Assembly (NCBI GenBank): GCA_964106645.2
Contig: OZ067050.1
Source: Podarcis pityusensis
Taxonomy: Eukaryota
Strand: one strand, 5' to 3'
DNA length: 64,000 bases
Made by a program: the position numbers and the translations under genes. Positions 46,858 to 55,600 of the stretch are shown piece after piece. A model generated the notes under the pieces. That model did no database searches, was not told where the DNA came from, and saw only the letters and a list, made by a program, of their open reading frames with translations. The first letter of the stretch is position 1; every line of letters begins with the position of its first letter.

Positions 46858-49800
46858 ATGGAGCCTGAGGAGGGGCAGGCTGAAGCTCAGGATGATAGGA
46901 AGGGAAAGGAAGCTGTAGTGAATGAAGAGACCACAGTGGAAGGACCTCCCAATGAGGCAGAGAGAAAGATAACTGGATTGCTTCCAGAGACAGGTGTGGG
47001 ACAGGGAGAGGCTAAAGACTCAGAGGCAGAAGAGGAGGCTGAAAAAGAACATGAAGCACCAACTACTGGAGAGTTGGCGGAACCAGACCAGGATACATTT
47101 GGACCCTTAGCAGAACTGGATAGGGGGGTGGCTGAGGATGCACTGGAAAGAGAAGTGGCATTAGGAATGTCTGGGGAAGAGGCTGAGGAAATTATTGAAC
47201 CAGATCTGAGAAAAGCAGAAGAGTTGGAGACAGTGATTCTTGAGGAACTTCAGCTTAAGAGTAATAGAGAGAAAGAAGAAGTTGAAGAGTCAAGAGAACC
47301 AAATCAGGAGGAAACCAGTGTTTTGGGGAGCCCAGACGAGAGGGAAGCTGAGGGGAAGACTGGAAAAGGAATGGATCAGCAGGAGACTCAGGAATTTATT
47401 CATGAGGAAGAAACACTGCTTGGAGAGGGTGAAATGGTTCTAGAAATGGGGGGAAATTGGACTGAGGAGTTGGCAGGGCCGGACCACGGGAAAGAAGAGG
47501 ATTTGGTAGAAGAGGACCATGTAGATTCTGGAGAGAGGGTTGAAAAGGGAGATGAACAGGAAAAGTTGATGGAACTGGAAGAGAGGGAAGCTGAGGCAAC
47601 TGTCAGGGAAGATGAGGCAGTGGGGGAGGCTGAAAAGATGCCAGAGTCGGTGGAGGTGGGAGAGAGTGACAAAGAAGGCGAATCAACAGATAATCATGGA
47701 GAAATGGAGGAGTTGTCAGGACTGGGTCAAGGGGAGATCCTAGAGGTCACTGGAAAGGAAGAGGATGTGGCACCTGCAATTGACTATGAGGAAACTGAGA
47801 AGGTGCCAAATGTAAATGAGAGAGAGCTAGAGGAAGTGACTGCAGAGGAAGATGCAATATTAGCAAGGGGTGAGGAGGAGTTGGTAGGACTAGGTCAGGG
47901 GGAAATTGAGGTGTTGACTGGAGAGGAGGAACCCGTTTTGGGTAAGAGGGAGGCGGAGATGACAGTTGGACCAGGTGAGGAGGGACTTGGTGAGGAAATT
48001 GAAAGGGAAGACAGGGTATCTGGAGTAGATCAGAGAGAGGCTGAAAGCATGATTGTGGAAGGAGATTTGGCATCATCAGAGGGTTGGGGGGAAGTTGAAG
48101 ACTTGGTGAAGTCAAGCAGGGGAGAAGCAGAGGAGGTGGCACCATCAATGGATCAAGTTAAAGCTGAAGTCCTACAAGAAGATCTGAGGGGGTCAGAGTT
48201 GGTGATTGCTGAGGGAGAGGCAGGTGCAGCTGAGGAGAAGGCTGAGCATTTGGTGGTGGCAAGTCAGGGAGAAGTTGAGGGTAAGACTGAAAAAGAAAGT
48301 ATGGCATCAATACTGGATCAGGGATCACCAAGAATAGATGAAAAGCAGGCAGAAGAGGTGGCTGCAGAGAAAGATGTGGAATCAGTAGAAGATCAAAAGC
48401 AAGTTGAGGATTTGGCTGGGATAAGTCAGGGTGAGATTGGCAGTATGGTAGCCACAGTGGAGGAAGGGGAAGATAAGAGGGAGGCAGAGGTGGCAACTTC
48501 AAAGAGAGATGTAGCATTTATTGAGGGGGAGGGTTTGGTAGTGACAAGTCAGGTAGAGACTGAGGAGGTGACTGTCAAGGAAGATATGATACACGTGGCT
48601 CTTGATGTGGCTGAGCAAGTGATAGGAGCAGCTCAGAGGGAAACAGAAAAGATGAGTGCAGTGGGTCAGGAAGAAGGAAGGGAGGAGGCGGTAGGAGCAC
48701 CAGTGAGAGTAGCTGGAGCACAAGAAGAAACTGGAGGCCTGGAGGAAGAACTTGTGCAAAGTCAGGAGATGGGGCCTGGAGAAGAGGTGAAACTAGGAAC
48801 TAGTCAGGAGAAAGTTGGAGAGCTAGCAGAACCAGAACAAAGGGAGACAAAAGAGCAAGTAGGACTTGATCAGGGAGAAGCCAAGCAGTTGGGTTCAACT
48901 GAGAGGGTTACTAGGGAGGAATCTCGAGAAATAAGAGAGGCATTATTCAGGGATCAGAGTGATACTAAGGTGCTGGTGGAACCATTTCAGGGACCAGTAG
49001 TGGAGGTTACAAGTGTAGGTGAGATTGCGTTGACTGAGCAGCATCAAGGTACTATGGGAAGAAAGGTACCCTCTCAGGAGAAGACATTAGTTTGGAGCCC
49101 AGAATTAGAAGAACAGTTGGGAGGACCAACTCAGGAGATGGCAGGCGTGCCTTCCAGGGAGGGGATATTGAGTCAAAGGGCAAAACCAAGTGAAGAAGAT
49201 ACCAGAGTCACCTGGTTGGCATCTGATACGAACCTGGCCCAAGGTCAAGTGGAACCAAGCCTGAAGGTGGCTGAATTGAATAAATCAGGTTCCTCAGTGC
49301 TGTCATCACATTTGTCACAGCGCACTGCCATAGGAAGTCAAGAGGAACGTCGCAAGTTGAAGGGGAAAATAATTTCAGGGTTGGCAGGATTACGGCAAGG
49401 GCCAATACTGGTACCACATCAAGGGGCAACACGCTCCTGTGGATTCCGTCGTGGAGTGCTGGAGCACAGGGCTCCAGGGTTGATTGTGACCAGTTTAACA
49501 GCAATGGCTCGGCAAAAGGGAATGATTAAGGAGGCTCGTACGCAACTGGGAAAGGGTGAATTAGATCAGAGGGAGACACGATCAGCTGAATTGAGGTCTC
49601 GTGCAATTAGGGTTAAAGTAGGTGAGCCGGTGGTTATGATGGGGTACAGAATTGGACGGGAAGGGATGTCATGTTTCTCTGAGGCAGATAACAGGATAGA
49701 GAGCTTTCAGCAGGTTCCTGTGATGGAGGAGGCAGGAAAGGGATCTGATCAGACCCCAGCAGAACCACTGAGGCAGGAACAGATAGTTAAGGAGTTGGAG

Positions 49801-50559
49801 ATACTGGCCAAGGATGTTGATGACAGAGCAAGGCAACATCCAGAAGGAATGTACTTGCCATGGCTTGGTAGGCCACTTACACAAGATTATTCGACAATAC
49901 GACCAGGTTCTGGTTGGACTGCAGGCCTTGGGTCCGGGCATGGACTTGCTTTAGGGCCATTGCGGGCTGGAATAAAAGAACGAATAAACATGATGGTGAC
50001 AGGTCAGGGAGCAGTAAAGTCAGCAGGACCAAGTCCTGAGCCACCAGTGTCTGGGATGGGAAGAAGGGTGTATGGGCTTACAAGCCAATCAGCCAACGTA
50101 CACTGGCTGAAGGACGTGTTGGGATCTAAGCAGACAGTGTCTCGACTCTCTGTAACAGTTCGTGGCTCAAAAGCAGACAGTCCTGACTCTATGGCAGAGA
50201 GACGAAGTCCAGGCCTGTTAACAGGAAAGCAAGAGTTGAAAGATTGGCGGGATGGGGTAATGGGAATTGCAATTAAAAGGTACAATGCCATGAGGCGGGC
50301 AATGTGGGGCGAAGGCCCAGCTGGTTTGCATGTGAAAGGAGTGAAGGTGGCTGAAAGTCCCATTGATACTATTCCATTGAGTTCTGTTAAGACTAGTTCC
50401 ATTCTGGGGCAGGTTGAACAGAGGGCCCTGAGGCTGGCACAGCATGTGGAGGGTGAGGCTGTGTCAGGATTGGAAGTAGAAGGGCAGGGGCTGGCTGAGA
50501 GGCTGAAGCAGGATATGGAGCCAGCAGGGTCAGGCCAGGGAGGTAGAATTACAAGGTAA
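46858..50559 (+). CDS. Giant Glu-rich ORF (1233 aa from the ATG) in SRCAP intron 1; probable alternative first coding exon (46858..50555) of a long SRCAP isoform
   Basis: 3.7 kb stop-free in one frame while the other plus-strand frames are repeatedly closed. Strong Kozak GTCATGG with an upstream in-frame TGA at 46840. The stop codon is part of the donor AAG|GTAACT, which is phase-compatible with SRCAP exons 2 and 3. Confidence 0.75.
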   Translation: MEPEEGQAEAQDDRKGKEAVVNEETTVEGPPNEAERKITGLLPETGVGQGEAKDSEAEEEAEKEHEAPTTGELAEPDQDTFGPLAELDRGVAEDALEREVALGMSGEEAEEIIEPDLRKAEELETVILEELQLKSNREKEEVEESREPNQEETSVLGSPDEREAEGKTGKGMDQQETQEFIHEEETLLGEGEMVLEMGGNWTEELAGPDHGKEEDLVEEDHVDSGERVEKGDEQEKLMELEEREAEATVREDEAVGEAEKMPESVEVGESDKEGESTDNHGEMEELSGLGQGEILEVTGKEEDVAPAIDYEETEKVPNVNERELEEVTAEEDAILARGEEELVGLGQGEIEVLTGEEEPVLGKREAEMTVGPGEEGLGEEIEREDRVSGVDQREAESMIVEGDLASSEGWGEVEDLVKSSRGEAEEVAPSMDQVKAEVLQEDLRGSELVIAEGEAGAAEEKAEHLVVASQGEVEGKTEKESMASILDQGSPRIDEKQAEEVAAEKDVESVEDQKQVEDLAGISQGEIGSMVATVEEGEDKREAEVATSKRDVAFIEGEGLVVTSQVETEEVTVKEDMIHVALDVAEQVIGAAQRETEKMSAVGQEEGREEAVGAPVRVAGAQEETGGLEEELVQSQEMGPGEEVKLGTSQEKVGELAEPEQRETKEQVGLDQGEAKQLGSTERVTREESREIREALFRDQSDTKVLVEPFQGPVVEVTSVGEIALTEQHQGTMGRKVPSQEKTLVWSPELEEQLGGPTQEMAGVPSREGILSQRAKPSEEDTRVTWLASDTNLAQGQVEPSLKVAELNKSGSSVLSSHLSQRTAIGSQEERRKLKGKIISGLAGLRQGPILVPHQGATRSCGFRRGVLEHRAPGLIVTSLTAMARQKGMIKEARTQLGKGELDQRETRSAELRSRAIRVKVGEPVVMMGYRIGREGMSCFSEADNRIESFQQVPVMEEAGKGSDQTPAEPLRQEQIVKELEILAKDVDDRARQHPEGMYLPWLGRPLTQDYSTIRPGSGWTAGLGSGHGLALGPLRAGIKERINMMVTGQGAVKSAGPSPEPPVSGMGRRVYGLTSQSANVHWLKDVLGSKQTVSRLSVTVRGSKADSPDSMAERRSPGLLTGKQELKDWRDGVMGIAIKRYNAMRRAMWGEGPAGLHVKGVKVAESPIDTIPLSSVKTSSILGQVEQRALRLAQHVEGEAVSGLEVEGQGLAERLKQDMEPAGSGQGGRITR

Positions 50560-51015
50560 CTGGGTTAAGTGTGGAGTGAGAGGGAAGGAACAAAAGGTTT
50601 GGGAGATAGTGGGTTATTTATGAGCTAGGGACAAAATTGAGCTATAGAAGCAGAGAGTTAATAGGACGCTATAGCAATAGAGTTGAGTTGCAAAATCTCA
50701 GCTTGCAGGATGAATGGGTTGTAGATCTCTCTCAAAAGAATGAAGCCAAGAAGGGAAGTAAACTTCCCTGGGATAATGATATGAGGGTGACGTGCAGAAT
50801 ATTGACGCTTCTGAAGCAAAGGTGGGTACATAGGAAGCAAAATAAAAATAATTTATTATTTATACTCCACTCATCTAGCCGGGTTGCCCCAGATACTGAG
50901 AAGATTTTGGGCTCTGGATACCTAGGCATGGGAGTGAGTGAAAAGGATACTGCTAGACAACTCAGAATCCATAAAGTGGATGGGAAAGTGAGATAATTCT
51001 AGTGGTTCACCAAAC

Positions 51016-51149
51016 CGCACCCCAAACAGGTTCCTGCCTCTTTTCATAGGCTTGAATTTGGTAGCTGGTGCGTACAGTAAAACTCTCCACCGCAACCCAT
51101 GGGCCGGCTATTCCCATGCTGTCTGCGTAACAATAAAAGAGAGACAGGG
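51016..51149 (+). ncRNA. SNORA30: Intronic box H/ACA snoRNA, SNORA30/SNORA37-like
   Basis: Hairpin 1 has stem CGCACC/GGTGCG with an internal pocket. H box ACAGTA at 51074-51079. Hairpin 2 has stems CTCTC/GAGAG, CGCA/TGCG and CATGGG/CCCATG. ACA at 51144-51146 plus 3 nt; total 134 nt. ATTTGGTAGCTGGTGC matches my recollection of human SNORA30, which is hosted by SRCAP. Confidence 0.75.
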
Positions 51150-51293
51150 TTTGATCTACCCTTTGGCAGAGTCGTTCAGGGTCCCAAGAGCAAGTTTGAA
51201 TGATCCTTACCTAAAGGAATAGGTTGCTGTGCATCTACCACACGCGCGCGCACACAAAATGTTCTCTGGACTAACGGTTCCATCTTTTTTCAG

Positions 51294-51373
51294 GTGTAGT
51301 ATTCCCCAGGAAAGCGAAACCCTGGAAGTTCAGCCTGACAAGCAAGAGGAGTTCGCAGCTCACGCAGGTACAG
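51294..51373 (+). other. SRCAP: SRCAP exon 2 (nominally 5'UTR; tandem donors at 51367 and 51373)
   Basis: Branch point CTAAC at 51271, acceptor catcttttttcag|, and donors CAG|GTACAG and CAG|GTGAAT 6 nt apart. Confidence 0.7.
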
Positions 51374-52626
51374 GTGAATCTGAATACCATTGGGGAATTG
51401 GCAACAGGGTTTTAAGCAGGAACATCAAGCAAATCTAAATCTTTGGCTGTTTTTTTGAGCTCAGTGTTGGATTTATTTACTTTTCAAAATGCTTTTTCTG
51501 TCACCAACATCTATATTGATGGGCCAGAATTTATTATGTACTGGAATCTAGCTTGGCCACAACTAAACTTAATTTGCTTGTTGAGATATGATGGAGGGAT
51601 ATAAAAAGCAGCTCAAAGGAATGAAATAAAATTTACAGTATCTGTTCATAGCTCCCCTGGAATTTTTTGGAAAGTCTAGGCATTTAGTACTAAACAGTAG
51701 AATATGTATCCAGTGGAGGAAGATAGGGGAATCCTCTACTTGTAGGCAGGGTTTACATCTTTTGTGTCTAAATATTAAAGTTTTAAATGCAAACTTTGAG
51801 AGAAAACATTTTTTCACATTACCAAACGTTTATTCTGTAACAGAAAATGTTTGCTTGTGTGTACAAACTTGGCAACGGAGATTTTCTAATGCTGTTGTGT
51901 TTTTGATAGCTACTGTGTTGGATATATTAATTTTCTACTGGGTTCTGCCACCAGATCTCTTGTATATCGTAAATTGGGAGAGGCTAACCCCCAGTTTGGG
52001 GGGGCCTGATCTGGCTCCCAAGCAAATTTTTCTGGGGCTCCCCTGATTTTGGCAACAGCAACAAAAAAGGAAAAAAGAACCCCTCCTCCCTTCACTGTAA
52101 TCATTAATCAAATCATATTTCTACTCACAGCTTCTTTTTTGAAAAAAACCTAGTGAGAAATGAGATTTGATCAGCTGGGAACTGTTTGGTTTACATTTAT
52201 GCTCTTTAGTTAATAGCTGCTTTTAAGGTGCATTACTTTCCTTCTTTAATTTTTAGTGCTTTACTTTGTGTTAAAGGAAAGTAAAATTGTAGGCAGAGGG
52301 CATGCTAATGTCATTTTGACGTTTAATTTCACTTCCTCTGAAAATCTTCCTTTAGCTTGTTCTTGAGTGGGTGTCTTTCAGTTCTTTTCAGTCTGGCTCT
52401 GATCACAATGCGACTGATTCCTCTTCATCAATCTCTAGATAATTCTGAGACAGGCAGTCCCGAGCGCAGGCTGGGCTGCCAAGGAACCCAGGAGCTGGAC
52501 GGCTCGTCCCAGTGGCTGGCTGACCAGAATGAGGCCGGTTCCGAGCATGCACTGGAGCAGGAAGCCAGCACTACAACAGCAAACGCAGCTGTTGGGACGA
52601 GAGGCAAAGAGCAAGAGAGAACTAAA

Positions 52627-55600
52627 ATGCAGAGCAGTCCTCCCCAACAGCAACATGCGCTGCAACCACAGGTAGAGTTGGAGGTGAGGGGAATCCCAGT
52701 GTAAGGCCCTGTGTTTTGAGGCCGCTTACTGGATTACAGTTTTTCAAAGCACTGTAGTTCATTAGGGGTCTTCAGAATGAATTTTGACTGCTTTAGTGAA
52801 GTATGTGGATGATCATTGTACTACAAAGAGCATCTGTGAGAGTCAGAACAAGGGATGCTCTTCTCTGATGCTCTACCTAGACAAGCTCCCCAGAGCTGTT
52901 GGGTTCCTTTAAGGCCACTATAATAATTTTCTACCCTCGTTTGTCTCCTCTTGTTCATCTCAGACTGCATCGGACAGAATGACAGGCAGTAACCCAGTGT
53001 CACCAGCCTCCTCGGGCTCACCTGCCTCAACTGGCAGCATCTCACCACCACATCTCACCCACGACTCCTCGCTGGACAGTCACCCAGGTTTTGATGTTCC
53101 CAAGACACAGAACAGAGCCCTTGTGTCGCCCGGGATGTACACCTCCCCGGACCCTGCAAGCATGTGGGACAAGACACACGCGGAGATTGCTGAGCAGGCC
53201 AAGCATGTAAGCCACACATGGTCCAGGGATCATTTGGCCCCTTCTGCCCTCTTGAGTTGGGCATGAACATACACAATCTAAGTTAACATTCTGTTTAGTT
53301 TGTCCTTCCAAGCTGCAGTTCACAAGGATACAGTGTTTTGGGCTAACTGACTTGGGGGATGTATTCCAGGAGGCAGAGATTGAAAACCGCATCGCAGAAA
53401 TGAAGAAGGAAGGGTTCTGGTCCATGAAACGGCTGTCGAAGGTGCCTGAGCCAGTCCGGCCCAAAGTACACTGGGATTATCTTTGCGAGGAGATGCAGTG
53501 GCTCTCTGCTGACTTTGCCCAAGAGCGCCGATGGAAGAGGGGTGTTGCGAGGAAGGTGAGTTTGATGGAAAAAGCTGCCAATCTCCAAACATTTAACCCA
53601 TCTCTTTCAGTCAGTTTTCACTCATGCATTCCAGTCTCTGGGTTTAAGGGCATTTCATAATCGTGCAATTTTGTAACACCTCAGGTTTGTGGCTTGTGCT
53701 GTTGCAGAAAAGCAATATAATATGTGTGTCCCTAGGGTTTCCATCCACTTTAGTGAAGTGGAGCTAGCTCTTCCCTACGACCCAGATTTAGGAAGGACTG
53801 TTTAGAGCTGTGGAAATCTGTGAAGACTTGTGATTATTAACATGATCCTTCTCTCCTTTGTTGCTTGCAGGTGGTGCGCATGGTGATCAGACACCACGAA
53901 GAGCAGAAGCAAAAAGAAGAACGAGCCAAACGGGAGGAGCAGGCCAAGCTGCGCCGTATTGCCTCGTCCATCGCCAAAGAAGTCAAGCAATTCTGGAGCA
54001 ATGTAGAGAAGGTACGTGAGGAACCTGTCTGGCATCATAAAAGCAGCATGCAGGCCTTGCTCCTGAATACAGGAGCCACACCTTGAGCCAGGTGTCTGGA
54101 GCTGGTTGCCTCTACTCTGCCTAATCAGAAATACTGTGGATTCATCCATAGAAGGGTTGAGTGAATCTCTTGCCTTCATAGTTTGTTGGTGGAATTTCTC
54201 TAATTAATATATTCGTATAGGTAAACGTAGGTGTGTGTGTGTGTACATATATATGGATATATATACATACACACATATACATACATACATACATACATGC
54301 ATACACACACACATATGAATGACTTCATTTAGACAAAATACGTAAAGTATAACAAACCAGAATTTCAAACACGTAAAGCATGCCGTTAGTTGGAGGTTAT
54401 GTTTGTTATGTATTTCTGTCCACTCTCACTCATTCTTCACTTCTGCATTCATATTAAAAAGGCGAGGCAAATTATGCTTTTGTCTATTCTCCTACAGCAG
54501 TGAGATGAATTGTTCTGCTCTGTCTCAAACATCAGTTGCTTTTATTACTTGTAATTGGAGCTACTGTTCCAAATACAGTGGTACCTCGGGTTAAGTACTT
54601 AATTCGTTCCGGAGGTCTGCTCTTAACCTGAAACTGTTCTTAACCTGAAGCACCACTTTAGCTAATGGGGCCTCCTGCTGCTGACGCGCCGCCGGAGCCC
54701 GATTTCTGTTCTTATCCTGAAGCAAAGTTCTTAACCTGAAGCACTATTTCTGGGCTAGCGGAGTCTGTAACTTGAAACGTATGTAACCTGAAGCATATGT
54801 AACCTGAGGTACCACTGTAACTAAATTGGGGTTTCTTGCTTTTACATGAGTAACAAAATGCTTTTTAACAGCTTTGAAAAATTTGCATGGTTAAGGTTGC
54901 AGAGAAAAGAGTGGCACTGTGTGCACAGGACTACTGAAGACTTTGAGAAGATAGTAGCTCTTTGCCCATGTTGCCTTTAACTCAAGAGCAAGTTCTAGCA
55001 CAGCACATTCTGCAGGAATGAACTTGGAGACTTCCCCGCCAAACTCTTTTTTCCTCAGGTTGTGCAATTCAAGCAACAATCACGTCTGGAGGAGAAACGG
55101 AAAAAAGCCTTGGACCTGCAGCTAGACTTCATAGTGGGCCAGACAGAGAAATACTCGGACCTACTGACCCAGAGCCTCAATGAGACCTTTCCAGTTCCCA
55201 GCAAGACCGGTGGCTCCCATGCGGGCTCTACTGCCTCTAGCCCACCACACCCCAGTCACCTCACTGAGGATGAAGGTCAGAAACTTAAAAGTCTCAACCC
55301 TTTTCTCTGAAACTGCCCAGCCCCAGCCCATCCAGGGCTGGCTCAACACAGGTACCCCTATATGGCTTACATCCTATGAATGTAATTGCAGGGGGATACT
55401 TCCATGCCCATTCCCTCCTCCTGCCCAACCAAACATGGTAGACTTGTAATGTGTGCTTCTTTTGAGGAGAGACTGTGTAAGCCCCAAGGAGTTGTGTCTG
55501 ACCACTCCCCTCTTCCTTCTCTGGCAGATGGGGATTTTCAACCCCATGACGAGTCGGATGATGAGGAGACTATCGAAGTAGAAGAGCAGCAGGAAGGGAA

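Noticed and set aside
46858-50559. Giant ORF as a retroelement, viral or processed-pseudogene insertion
   Set aside because: No gag, RT or integrase motifs, LTRs, target-site duplication or poly(A) tail are visible, and it ends in a phase-compatible splice donor.
54905-55015. Additional H/ACA snoRNA before SRCAP exon 7
   Set aside because: ANANNA and ACA motifs are present but I could not build two convincing pocket-containing hairpins.
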